NCBI GenBank assembly: GCA_964419615.1 | Contig: CAYQPU010000001.1 | Coordinates: forward strand, 1-64,000 | Source: an uncultured Methanosarcinales archaeon | GTDB taxonomy: Archaea; Nanobdellota; Nanobdellia; Woesearchaeales; JAGVZT01 | Direction: 5' to 3' | DNA: 64,000 bases | Shown here: positions 48,612 through 58,458 of the stretch, piece by piece | Layout: every line of letters starts with the position of its first letter | Position numbering within the stretch: the stretch's first letter is position 1 | The notes under the pieces: model-generated | The model's input: only the letters and a program-made list of their open reading frames with translations | What the model was told of the DNA's origin: nothing | Databases searched by the model: none | Translations under genes and position numbers: made by a program

Positions 48612-49411
48612 AATTCTTTTGTTCTTTTAATTTCCAAATCTGTTTGGTCAGTAATATGTTTTATTTTTTCTTTGTATGGACCAAGTCCTTTCCAATCTAA
48701 GATTATGAGATCTGCTTTTGGAATAGTTCTATTTATAGCCTGACCTAACAACTCAAGATTCAAATCATCAAGTTTGTATTTGGGGCATACATGACCTATT
48801 GCAATTTCTGAGTTTAAAATTATTTTTTTGAAGCTTGGTGTGTGATGCAGTCCACCAATTCCAACTGCGGTTTGGTATTGTTTTGGTTCAGATGATATTA
48901 AGTCTAGAATTGTTTTGGCTATTATGTTTGCGGCAGTTTTATCATTCCAGTGCTCTTCTGATGAACCTATCTCAATAAACATAGATGGTTTTTCGATATA
49001 TGGCCCATGGTGAGTGCATTCCTGAATAATTTCAAATTGAGTATCTTTGCCGAGTTCATTTAGTTTATTAAGTGCTTTTTTTAAGTGCAAAGCTGGAGCA
49101 ACAGCAAGTTCATTATCTTTGCCGCCCATCATTGCTTCTCCCCAATTGCCTTGAGTGTGCACACTTAAGGAGGAAATTTGAGCTTTTGATTCGTGCTTGG
49201 TTGCAAATATGAACAAATCTGCTTGAATTTCCTGATCCAGGTTTTCACAATCAACAGAATCTTTTTTTACGGTGTACAGTTTTGCATTTCCAAGTTTGTA
49301 TACTTGAGAATCATCAAATTCACCATCTGGTTCAAATCCTAATTCTAATAGTGAGTTTTTTATGTTTAAACCTGCCAGATCCTTGCTAGATACAATTATT
49401 CCGAATTCCAT
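48608..49411 (-). CDS. dtdA: archaeal D-aminoacyl-tRNA deacylase DTD2
   Basis: FATKHES, SVHTQGN, ECTHHGP, FIEIGS, GGLHH. Confidence 0.92.
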   Translation of the reverse strand: MEFGIIVSSKDLAGLNIKNSLLELGFEPDGEFDDSQVYKLGNAKLYTVKKDSVDCENLDQEIQADLFIFATKHESKAQISSLSVHTQGNWGEAMMGGKDNELAVAPALHLKKALNKLNELGKDTQFEIIQECTHHGPYIEKPSMFIEIGSSEEHWNDKTAANIIAKTILDLISSEPKQYQTAVGIGGLHHTPSFKKIILNSEIAIGHVCPKYKLDDLNLELLGQAINRTIPKADLIILDWKGLGPYKEKIKHITDQTDLEIKRTKEF

Positions 49412-49434
49412 TCTTGAAACTAAAGTACTTTGTT

Positions 49435-50784
49435 TTATAGATTTTTTGATAGATAGCTTAACACATTCCTATAAAAATTAATATCAGATAGTTTTGTAAT
49501 ATTATTTGTTATTGTTTTGTGATGCAAGTAAAAGCTTTTATATGCTTGTTTTTGTGTTTCCTTTAATGTTTCAGGATTATAGTTTTCGTTTACAACCAAT
49601 GGATTTTCATTATGAGTTGAGAATCTTTGCCATTCATTGTTTGAATTTTTATCAATAAATGGATATGGAACATACATATGAAATGATGCTCCGCATAAAG
49701 GAAGTTGTTTTGCAAGCGCTATTGACTTATTCACATCTTTTAAGGTTTCACTTGGAGATCCAATAATAAACGATCCGAATACCCTTATCCCTTGTTTTTT
49801 AACCATTCTTATTTTATTCTTAATGTCTAAGATATTGATTTGCTTATTCATTTTTTTTAGAATATTCTGAGATCCTGATTCTATACCAACATAGATACAA
49901 TAACAGTTTGATTTTTTCATTGATTTGATCATTTTTTCATTTATATCATTTAGATGCATACTAGCACTCCAACCCATATTGTGCCTTTGCATATGTTCTG
50001 AGAATTCAATTACTCTTTGATTATCAACTCCAAAATTATCATCTTGGAAAAAAATAAAATTTCTACCGAGTTTTTTTGCAGTTATTACCATGTCAATTAT
50101 ATTTTCTGGTGAGTGTGCTCTCCATTCTCCAAAAACCGCCTGGTCACATATTTTGCATTTGTATGGACATCCCCTACTGCTTATTAACAAGAAGGGTTTT
50201 CCATATGTTTGCAATGCATGAAATCGATAGTTTTTTGGATTAATTAGGTCAAAAGCAGGTAGTGGTAGAGAATCAAGTTTGGATACTGGCTTTCTTGTTG
50301 GAGTTTGAATGATTGTGCCATTATGTCTGTAGATTATACCTCTTACCTTGGATAAAGTTTTATCTTTTTTTAGGGTATCTAATAAATCAAACATAGTCAA
50401 TTCTCCTTCACCAATTACTCCTATGTCCAAATCTAAACATTTTTTCATAGCAGAAACTGGAACTGAGGAGATGTGAGAACCTCCAAGGATTGTGATTATT
50501 TTCTTGTTTTGTTTTTTGATCCTAGAAAAAATCTTTTTAATTGATGGAAATACTGCAGTTGCTGCTGTAATTGCTACAACATCAGGCTCTGCCTTGGTTA
50601 TTAATGTGATTAGCTTGCCTTCACCAATTTTCTTTGCTGGACAGTCAATTAATTCAATTTCATGATGCTTCCTAATGTAAGATGCAATGTACAATAATCC
50701 AACCGGGGGAAGAATTGCTGCAGACTCGTAATAATTAGAATATACCTCTTGATTAACAGGAGGATTGACTAATAATACTTTCAT
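49435..50784 (-). CDS. B12-binding radical SAM protein
   Basis: PPVGLLYIA, GGSH, SRGCPYKCKIC, GIESG. Confidence 0.92.
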   Translation of the reverse strand: MKVLLVNPPVNQEVYSNYYESAAILPPVGLLYIASYIRKHHEIELIDCPAKKIGEGKLITLITKAEPDVVAITAATAVFPSIKKIFSRIKKQNKKIITILGGSHISSVPVSAMKKCLDLDIGVIGEGELTMFDLLDTLKKDKTLSKVRGIIYRHNGTIIQTPTRKPVSKLDSLPLPAFDLINPKNYRFHALQTYGKPFLLISSRGCPYKCKICDQAVFGEWRAHSPENIIDMVITAKKLGRNFIFFQDDNFGVDNQRVIEFSEHMQRHNMGWSASMHLNDINEKMIKSMKKSNCYCIYVGIESGSQNILKKMNKQINILDIKNKIRMVKKQGIRVFGSFIIGSPSETLKDVNKSIALAKQLPLCGASFHMYVPYPFIDKNSNNEWQRFSTHNENPLVVNENYNPETLKETQKQAYKSFYLHHKTITNNITKLSDINFYRNVLSYLSKNL

Positions 50785-50807
50785 TATATCTGAGTGTGCT
50801 TGTACTC

Positions 50808-52022
50808 TTATAATTGTTTCTGATATTTATTGTGAAGTGTTTTTTGAAATACTGAGGATTTTGTTAATTGTTCTAAGAGATGATCTGCTCTGACCAGACC
50901 AGAACCGAAGATCCATTGATTGTCATAGTCTCTTTCTGAATCAAGGTGGTCTGCTGTGTCTTCCATTATTTGTTCCAAATCCATGTCATTGTAAACTGAA
51001 AGAGCTAATGCGATGGTTCCTGTTATGTGTGGTGTTGCCATGGATGTTCCGCTTAGGATTGCAGATCCTCCTCCAGGATAACATGACATGATATCAACTC
51101 CGGGTGCAGATATGTCATTTGTCTCACAAATGTTACTAAAGTCTGCATGTTGATTGGCTTGATTTACAGCAGCAACTGCAATTACTGATTCATCAAATGA
51201 AGCAGGGTATGAAGGGCCATATCTTTCGTTGCCTGCTGCAGCAACAACAAAATGACCATTATTATAAGCTAGTCTGCATATGTCTTCAAAGGCTCTTGAG
51301 GCATCTCTTGATCCAAGACTCATGTTCATTACATCAATTTCATTTTTAATGCACCATTCAACACCTGCTATTACATCTGCTTCTGAGCCAGAGCCATATT
51401 CATTTAGGACTCTTACAGCATATAGTGTTGAGTCAAGACTAACTCCATAATTATTTGAACAGCTTGTTCCTGCAACATGTGTACCATGTCCTTCTTCATC
51501 CATGGGGTTAGAATCTAAGTTAACTAGATCAACTCCTTTGGATTTACCAAAGTTTGATCTAAGTTCTGGATGATTGTAATCAATACCTGTGTCAATAATT
51601 CCAATTGATATATTTGATCCAGTAGATATTTTGTGTGCACCATACACACCAATGTTTCTTAAGTTCCATAGACTACTGAATTCAAGGCTGTGGTAAACAT
51701 CAGGCTGATGTTTGAATGAAGGAACTTTTGACACCTTTGAAACAACATTAATTGTTGTGATTGAAGATAACTCATCTGATAGTGTTTTTGAATGCATTTT
51801 AGATGTTATTCTTTGCACATCTCCCGCAGACATAGTTACACTAATGTACGGGATCAGATCATAGACATGATCCACATTACCAAGTTTGCCCAATGATTCC
51901 GCAACTGCTGGTTGATATCCATTTTTTACACCGATAATAACACTAAATTTATCATCTTTATGTGATTTTGCAAGTTTTGCTTCGAGATGTTCTTTTCTCT
52001 TTACTTCTCTAAGAATTTTCAT
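50808..52022 (-). CDS. subtilisin-like S8 serine protease without a signal peptide
   Basis: DTG, HGTHVAG, GTSMATP triad; N-terminal prodomain. Confidence 0.92.
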   Translation of the reverse strand: MKILREVKRKEHLEAKLAKSHKDDKFSVIIGVKNGYQPAVAESLGKLGNVDHVYDLIPYISVTMSAGDVQRITSKMHSKTLSDELSSITTINVVSKVSKVPSFKHQPDVYHSLEFSSLWNLRNIGVYGAHKISTGSNISIGIIDTGIDYNHPELRSNFGKSKGVDLVNLDSNPMDEEGHGTHVAGTSCSNNYGVSLDSTLYAVRVLNEYGSGSEADVIAGVEWCIKNEIDVMNMSLGSRDASRAFEDICRLAYNNGHFVVAAAGNERYGPSYPASFDESVIAVAAVNQANQHADFSNICETNDISAPGVDIMSCYPGGGSAILSGTSMATPHITGTIALALSVYNDMDLEQIMEDTADHLDSERDYDNQWIFGSGLVRADHLLEQLTKSSVFQKTLHNKYQKQL

Positions 52023-52068
52023 AAAAACAATTTTAGTTTTTTGTTAAATATGTTCTACCCAAGAATTG

Positions 52069-52083
52069 CCGAAAACTTTTCGG
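52069..52083. promoter_or_regulatory. 15-bp palindromic site upstream of the S8 protease
   Basis: CCGAAAACTTTTCGG, 47 nt upstream of the ATG. Confidence 0.55.
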
Positions 52084-52162
52084 AATTAGTGAAAATACTG
52101 TATTCTTCACAGACTAGTGTATAGTAAATTTTATAAAACAAACATAATTTTGCAAGGTAAAG

Positions 52163-52480
52163 ATGATAGTAATCTACATCACTTTTGCAACAAAAGAGGA
52201 AGCTGAATCTGTTTCTAGAGTGCTTCTTGAAAAAAAATTGATTGCATGTTCAAATATTCATTCATTTGATTCAAGTTATTGGTGGAAAGGTGAAATTATT
52301 AGCAAACCTGAGTTTATGATGCTTGCAAAAACTAGTAAAGAAAAATTTGAAGATATAAAAATTGAAGTTAAAAAGCTGCATAGCTATGAAGTTCCTTGCA
52401 TTATTTACTGGGAAATTAACGGAAATAAAGAATACATTGATTGGATGAAGCGATGCGTTAATGAAGGACCATTTGATTAA
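52163..52480 (+). CDS. cutA: divalent-cation tolerance protein CutA
   Basis: LIACSN, YWWKG, HSYEVPCI. Confidence 0.93.
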   Translation: MIVIYITFATKEEAESVSRVLLEKKLIACSNIHSFDSSYWWKGEIISKPEFMMLAKTSKEKFEDIKIEVKKLHSYEVPCIIYWEINGNKEYIDWMKRCVNEGPFD

Positions 52481-52664
52481 GATAAATATGGAATGCCTAT
52501 ATTGTTGTGAAAATGGCGAAAAGAGATGGTTCTCTGAATGGAACCATGAACATCATTATAAGACGTTTCTATGCAAATGTTGTGGGAAAAAGAACTTTGT
52601 TAGAGTCAGTTTCCAAGGTTCAGGTCATGATAATTGGGGACTTGAGGATCAGGTAGATTCATAA
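52461..52664 (+). CDS. small Cys/His-rich Zn-finger-like protein
   Basis: CLYCC...CKCCG. Confidence 0.65.
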   Translation: MKDHLIKINMECLYCCENGEKRWFSEWNHEHHYKTFLCKCCGKKNFVRVSFQGSGHDNWGLEDQVDS

Positions 52665-52709
52665 TATCTATAGATTAAATATAAAAATATCAAGTACTTT
52701 TGGTTTGCT

Positions 52710-53147
52710 ATGGAAGATTGCATAACATGTAATTATAATAAAGATCCATCTAGTGTGCCTGGAGGAAGGATTAAAGAATATGAGTATTGGATTTTAGAAC
52801 ATATTAATGAACCAATACCTGTTAAAGGTTGGCTGGTTTTAAAAACTAAAAGACATACTGAAGGAATAGATGGTTTCAATATTAATGAGTCTCAAGAATT
52901 ATCTGAAATTCTTTTTAACTTACCAAAAATCCAAAAGCAAATCTTTGATACTGAACAGATTTACATTTGCTGTTTTACAGAACTAGTGAATCATTTACAC
53001 TTCCATCTTATTCCTCGTGGCAAGAATGAGATAAGGAAAGGTACTCAAATTGTTGATCTAATGTCTGATGTTAAAAAAAATAAAACCTTAGCAATAGACC
53101 CAAATTTAATTTTGGATTCAATTCAAGAATTAAAAAAGAGACTTTAG
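52710..53147 (+). CDS. HIT family protein
   Basis: HLHFHLIPR. Confidence 0.88.
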   Translation: MEDCITCNYNKDPSSVPGGRIKEYEYWILEHINEPIPVKGWLVLKTKRHTEGIDGFNINESQELSEILFNLPKIQKQIFDTEQIYICCFTELVNHLHFHLIPRGKNEIRKGTQIVDLMSDVKKNKTLAIDPNLILDSIQELKKRL

Positions 53148-53148
53148 T

Positions 53149-54306
53149 TTATAAGATATTATTTAATTCTTCTACTGTTCTATCAACATGTTCTTTTTGT
53201 ATTATTAATGGTGGTAGGAATCTAAGTACTGTTGATGATGCCGGAGCTGCTATTATTCCTTTTTCCTGAAGTTTTTTTAGGTATTCACTGCTTTTCTTTT
53301 TTAGATCTAGTCCTATCATTAGACCTGCTCCACGTACATCTCTTATCAGAGGAGAATCAAGATTGTTTAGTTCTGACATAAAGTAACTTCCAATTTCCTT
53401 ACTATGACTTAATAGGTTGTTTTGCTCAATGTAATTGATTGTTGCAAGGCTTGCAGCACATACTAATGGATTCCCTCCAAAAGTAGAGCTGTGAACACTC
53501 TTACCTACAGTTTCTGCAATTTCTTCAGTAGTGAGTGTTGCACTCATTGCAAGACCATTTGCTATTCCTTTGGATAAACAGATTATATCTGGTTCTACAT
53601 TGTAAAGTTCTGAAGCTGTCCAATGTCCTGTTCGAAATCCTGTTTGGACTTCATCAAAGATTAATACTGTTTCTGTGTCATTGCAGATGTCTCTAGCTGC
53701 TTTAAGGTATTGCTTTGTTGCAAGTTTTATTCCTGATTCTCCCTGGATTGGTTCAAGGATTAATGCGGCTGTATCTTTATTCACTGTTTCTTTTAATTCT
53801 TCCTCATCATTAAATCTGATTTGCTCAAAGCCAGGAATTAGTGGTAAAAATGGTTTTCTGTACTTAGGACTTGAAGTTGTTGCTGAGAGTGTAGCCAAAG
53901 TCTTTCCATGATAACCTAATTTTGCGGATATTATCTTTCTTCTTCCAGAATAGATCATTGAGAATTTTATAGCTGCTTCAACTGCTTCTGCACCAGAGTT
54001 TCCAAAGTAGATTCTATTTAGATTCTTGGGTGTAATACTGATCAATTTTGCTGCTGCTTTTTCACGGACTTTATTATGAAAACTCCAATGTATGTTTGAG
54101 ATTTTGGATAGTTGATCTGTGATTGCGCTGTTTATAGCTTTACAGTTATGACCCAAAATACTAACCCCAATGTTTGTCATTAAGTCAAGATATTTATTTC
54201 CCTTATCATCATATAGATAGACTCCGTTTCCTCTTGTGATGTTTAGTTCTCTAACTGGAAAGGTTGAGATCATTATTTTTTTATTATCTAAGTTTTCATT
54301 ATTCAT
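53149..54306 (-). CDS. lysJ: [LysW]-aminoadipate semialdehyde transaminase (class III PLP)
   Basis: NSGAEAVEAA, EPIQGESG, FDEVQTG, SKG, SSTFGGNP; cluster context. Confidence 0.88.
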   Translation of the reverse strand: MNNENLDNKKIMISTFPVRELNITRGNGVYLYDDKGNKYLDLMTNIGVSILGHNCKAINSAITDQLSKISNIHWSFHNKVREKAAAKLISITPKNLNRIYFGNSGAEAVEAAIKFSMIYSGRRKIISAKLGYHGKTLATLSATTSSPKYRKPFLPLIPGFEQIRFNDEEELKETVNKDTAALILEPIQGESGIKLATKQYLKAARDICNDTETVLIFDEVQTGFRTGHWTASELYNVEPDIICLSKGIANGLAMSATLTTEEIAETVGKSVHSSTFGGNPLVCAASLATINYIEQNNLLSHSKEIGSYFMSELNNLDSPLIRDVRGAGLMIGLDLKKKSSEYLKKLQEKGIIAAPASSTVLRFLPPLIIQKEHVDRTVEELNNIL

Positions 54307-55088
54307 TGTATCACAGTTCCTTTTTTTATATCTTTTATTGGGTGCTCAACTCTCCCATCTGTAATGTAAACTGTTGTTTGACTATTTTCAAATAGTTTTC
54401 TAAGGGCAAGGATTTTGCGTTTTATTCTGCCTTCTACTTGTTGCTCGCGCTGCTCTAATTCATCACAGTTTATTTCCTTTACAAGTGAATCAGGATCATT
54501 AAGATTATCTAATAAACCCTGAGCTTCTATTAATTGGATTATTTTGTCTGCAGGTATTGCTTGGTGAATTACATTTACTATATTATCATTTTCAGAGTTT
54601 ATTGCAAACCCATTTTCATCAACTATGGGTACAGTAATTACCGGAGTGTATCCATTATCTAATAATAGCCTGAGTAGGGCGGTGTTTACAGATTTTGGTT
54701 TACCTGAAAAATCTCTTACAATTTTTAGCTTGTTATTTTCTTTAATCCTAATCCCATTGTTTCTACTTCCTTGAATTAATCTTCCATCTAAACCAGTTAA
54801 ACCTATTGCGTTTATTCCATTTTGTTGACATAGTTCAACAATTCTTTTGTTTTTAAGGCCAGAGTATGCCATCATCATTATATCAAGGGCATCCTTGTCT
54901 GAGAATACACTTGAATAGCCAGATACTGATTGAATTGTTTTTTTTGGTTTGTCTAATTGCTCAGCAATTTTATCTCTTAGAGCATTTGCTCCATGAACTA
55001 TTATGAATTTTTCATCTAGTTCTGATAGATCCTTAATTATCCCTTCAATGTTAATATCTGCTCCTCCTCCAATCTTTACAATTATCAT
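54303..55088 (-). CDS. lysZ: [LysW]-aminoadipate/glutamate kinase
   Basis: IVKIGG, VHGA, SG..SVF.D, GRIKRK. Confidence 0.9.
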   Translation of the reverse strand: MIIVKIGGGADINIEGIIKDLSELDEKFIIVHGANALRDKIAEQLDKPKKTIQSVSGYSSVFSDKDALDIMMMAYSGLKNKRIVELCQQNGINAIGLTGLDGRLIQGSRNNGIRIKENNKLKIVRDFSGKPKSVNTALLRLLLDNGYTPVITVPIVDENGFAINSENDNIVNVIHQAIPADKIIQLIEAQGLLDNLNDPDSLVKEINCDELEQREQQVEGRIKRKILALRKLFENSQTTVYITDGRVEHPIKDIKKGTVIQ

Positions 55089-55744
55089 TTAAAACACCTT
55101 GTTGTGTTGTTAGGTATAGGTTTTGATTCATTGTTAAATTTTTCTGAACATATTACCAATTTGTCAGTTTCACTAAGGTGCATTGTGAAATATTCTGATC
55201 TTTCATTAAAATTTGTTGATAAAAATATGTTTTTAGTTTGCATATTTACAATTACCAAATTTATTGCTTTAACAGTATTTGTTCTACATACAAGATAATC
55301 AATTCCTTTTTTAATTGCATTTAATAAAGAATCTGATCCACTTGATTGTTGTAGTTCAGAGTCTCGAAATCTTTTGATAAGATTAAATATTTTTTCAGCA
55401 CCAATTCTTCCATGTTCCCTTATTCTAACTCCTCTTAATTCTCCATTAAACACAAAGACTAGTTCATTATCAGTAAACGGCATGTTGTTTTCAATTACTA
55501 TGTCTTTGTCTTCAAATGCACTTCTTGCATGAACAATTAGTAAGTTTGTTTTTTCAAATTTCTCAAAATCATCTTCCCAGATAGGATTAATGTTTTTGTA
55601 AAATTTCCAACCTCCTGAAAAAAAGGCACACCCCCAACCATGGCCTTGATACTCTTTGCTGTTTTGGCACAATTTAGCAAATTTTTCTAGATAGGGAGCT
55701 ATTTCAAACTCAGTGTTTGATTTGATTATTAGTATTCTACACAT
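55085..55744 (-). CDS. class II glutamine amidotransferase-like Ntn hydrolase (EgtC/YafJ/Dug3-like)
   Basis: N-terminal MCR nucleophile, HGWG, HARSA, NNMPF, FNG. Confidence 0.85.
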   Translation of the reverse strand: MCRILIIKSNTEFEIAPYLEKFAKLCQNSKEYQGHGWGCAFFSGGWKFYKNINPIWEDDFEKFEKTNLLIVHARSAFEDKDIVIENNMPFTDNELVFVFNGELRGVRIREHGRIGAEKIFNLIKRFRDSELQQSSGSDSLLNAIKKGIDYLVCRTNTVKAINLVIVNMQTKNIFLSTNFNERSEYFTMHLSETDKLVICSEKFNNESKPIPNNTTRCFK

Positions 55745-55760
55745 TTTTTATGTTGAGTTA

Positions 55761-56792
55761 TTAAACTGGATGAAGGCCTGGAAATTCAAGTCCAAGGGTT
55801 TCTTTGAAACCACTCATTAGATTCATTGACTGAACTGCTTGACCTGCTCCTCCTTTCATTAGATTGTCAATAGCGCCCATTACAACTAACCGGTTTGATT
55901 TTGGATCTACCTCAAATCCTACTTCACATATGTTTGTTCCTGCAAGTATTTTTGGTTCAGGGTATCTATATACTCCAGTTCGCTTTTTTACTAGTCTTAC
56001 AAAAGGTTCATCTTTGTAGGCTTGCCGATATGTATTCCAGATTTGTTTTTCATCAACTCCATCTTTTAAAAAAAGGTGAGATGTTGCCAAGATTCCTCTT
56101 ATTAATTCAATTGAAGTTCCTGAGAAATGAACAGTTGGTTTGTGGCGAAAGTTTAGTTCTTGCTCTACTTCTGCTGTGTGTCTGTGACCTGTTGGCTTAA
56201 ATGATCTTACAGCATGTGATCTTTCTGAGTGATGCGAGGCAAGGCTTGGCTTGTTTCCTGATGCCGAGCTTCCTACCTTTGCTTCAGTGATCACTGTTGA
56301 TTCAACAAGGTTGTTTTTAAACAAAGGATATAGTCCTGTGATTGTTGCTGTGGCTAGACATCCTGTTCCTGCAACTAGATCTGCTTTTTTTATTTTTTCT
56401 CTATGTAGTTCAGCCATGCCATAAACAAATTTACTTAAGTATTCTGGATTAGGATGATCTTCACCATACCACTTTTGATAGTCTTCTTTTTGTCTTAATC
56501 TAAAGTCTCCGCTAAGATCAATTATTTTTCCTGCTTTTTGCTGGAGCTCTGTTATTTTTTTCATTGCTAATCCATGGGGCAGTGCTAAAAATAATATGTC
56601 TGATTCTTCTAGATCATTTATTGTTGAAAATTTCAAGTTGTGGCCTCGAAGGTTTGGATGTACATCATGGACAAATTTTCCTGCAAATCTTTCTGAGGTT
56701 ACTTGTTTTAGTTTTACTTTTGGATGTCCTAAGAGAAGTCTTACAGCTTCTCCACCTATGTAACCGCTCGCTCCAACTACACTTACTTTCAT
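55761..56792 (-). CDS. lysY: [LysW]-aminoadipate 6-phosphate reductase (ArgC family)
   Basis: GASGYIG, GCLAT, HRHTAE, DNLMKGGAGQA. Confidence 0.92.
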   Translation of the reverse strand: MKVSVVGASGYIGGEAVRLLLGHPKVKLKQVTSERFAGKFVHDVHPNLRGHNLKFSTINDLEESDILFLALPHGLAMKKITELQQKAGKIIDLSGDFRLRQKEDYQKWYGEDHPNPEYLSKFVYGMAELHREKIKKADLVAGTGCLATATITGLYPLFKNNLVESTVITEAKVGSSASGNKPSLASHHSERSHAVRSFKPTGHRHTAEVEQELNFRHKPTVHFSGTSIELIRGILATSHLFLKDGVDEKQIWNTYRQAYKDEPFVRLVKKRTGVYRYPEPKILAGTNICEVGFEVDPKSNRLVVMGAIDNLMKGGAGQAVQSMNLMSGFKETLGLEFPGLHPV

Positions 56793-57631
56793 TTTTTTGC
56801 CTCCTTGATTAAATAATTAACAATTTTTTCTGGAATATTAACTCCAGTTGTATCAATGCTGTTTCTAAATTCCATTGTATGATTGATTTCATTTATTATC
56901 ATTCCATTGTCTGTTTCAAATATATCCATTGCTAAGATTCCACCACCAACTGCTTTAGCAGCCTTTAAACAGATATTATTGATCTCTTCTGTTATTGGGC
57001 AGTTAGTTGCCGTGCCACCTCTTGCTGTGTTGGTTATCCAATGGTCTGAAGCTCTGTAAATTGCACAAATTGTTTCATTTCCTACTACAAATGCCCTTAT
57101 ATCCCTTCCTGGTTTTTTTATGTATTCATTAATAAAAAAAACTGAGTGATGGTATGAACCAAGTACTTGTTTGTGTTCAAGTACTGTTTCTGCAGCAGCT
57201 TCATTATCAATTTTTGACAAGAGTCTTCCCCAAGAACCTATTGCCGGTTTTAAGACTACTGGATAACCAAATTCTTGTATTGCTTTCATTGCGCTTTCCC
57301 TTGAAAATGCAACTTTCACTCTTACCGCAGGTACTTTGTTTTTTTCCAAAGCAAGTGTTGTTAATATTTTATCTCCACATGTTCGTACTACTTTTGGTTT
57401 ATTTACTATTTTTATATCATGATCATCTAGGATTTTTGTGATATGTCTTGATCTTGAAAAATTGATGCTTCTATCTATTATTATATCTGTTTCAAAGACT
57501 GGTGTTTTTTCCAAACAAAAAGTTAAATCTCTATCATCAATTCTTACTAATTCAGCTTTGCTCTTCTTTATAGTCTCAAATAGTAATTTCTCTTCACGTC
57601 TAACCCTTGAGCATATGACTCCAATTTTCAT
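56789..57631 (-). CDS. lysX: alpha-aminoadipate--LysW ligase
   Basis: GSWGRL, HWITNTARGG, EINHTMEFRNS. Confidence 0.88.
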   Translation of the reverse strand: MKIGVICSRVRREEKLLFETIKKSKAELVRIDDRDLTFCLEKTPVFETDIIIDRSINFSRSRHITKILDDHDIKIVNKPKVVRTCGDKILTTLALEKNKVPAVRVKVAFSRESAMKAIQEFGYPVVLKPAIGSWGRLLSKIDNEAAAETVLEHKQVLGSYHHSVFFINEYIKKPGRDIRAFVVGNETICAIYRASDHWITNTARGGTATNCPITEEINNICLKAAKAVGGGILAMDIFETDNGMIINEINHTMEFRNSIDTTGVNIPEKIVNYLIKEAKK

Positions 57632-58458
57632 TTTAGGCTCACCATGTAATCTATAATATCATCTGTTATTTTTTCATCTAGATGAGGGAAGTAAACACTA
57701 AATTCAGGTGTATAATCTACTTCTAACACTTGTATTCCTTTACGAGATTCAAGCATATCAACACATACAAAATCTCCGTTTACTGCATTTTTTGCCTTTA
57801 AGGCCAATTTTTTGATTTTTGGAGTGACTGTGCATTTAGATATGCTTGCTCCTTTGTCTATATGAGTTATCCAATGTTTTGAATTACGGTAAATTGCATA
57901 TACTTTGTTCCCTACAACAAATACCCTTATGTCTCTGCCGTGTTTCTCAATGTATTCTTGAACATAGTATACTGAGTGGTGATATGTTCCAAGATTCTTT
58001 TTATGATAGACAATTGCTTCAGCTGCTTCTTTATCATTGATTTTTGCAAGAAGTTTACCCCAAGAGCCAATGGCTGGTTTTAGTATGACTGGGTAACCCA
58101 TTTCCTCGATTATATCAAGTGCTTTTTCTGGTGTGAAGGCTATTTGTACTTTTGGTGTTGGAATTTTGTTCATGATTAAGGCTTCTGTAACTGAGAACTT
58201 GCTGCCGCAGATTTGAGCAGTTCTACCTGAGTTTACTGTTTTTACTCCAAAACTGTTTAGAATATTAAGTGCATACATTGCTGTTAAATGATTCATGCAT
58301 CTTTCTAGAACAATATCATGATCAAATCCATTTTTTCCTATGTCAAATAGTAGATCTTGCACTTTAATTAAGTCTAGTTCAATGCCTTTTTTATTAGCTG
58401 CAGCTATTAGAAGCTTTTCATCTTTTCTAATTCGCTCATATAGCATTCCAATTTTCAT
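57628..58458 (-). CDS. divergent LysX/ArgX-family ATP-grasp ligase
   Basis: GSWGKL, RDIRVFVVG, but HWITHIDKG and EVDYTPEF. Confidence 0.8.
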   Translation of the reverse strand: MKIGMLYERIRKDEKLLIAAANKKGIELDLIKVQDLLFDIGKNGFDHDIVLERCMNHLTAMYALNILNSFGVKTVNSGRTAQICGSKFSVTEALIMNKIPTPKVQIAFTPEKALDIIEEMGYPVILKPAIGSWGKLLAKINDKEAAEAIVYHKKNLGTYHHSVYYVQEYIEKHGRDIRVFVVGNKVYAIYRNSKHWITHIDKGASISKCTVTPKIKKLALKAKNAVNGDFVCVDMLESRKGIQVLEVDYTPEFSVYFPHLDEKITDDIIDYMVSLK

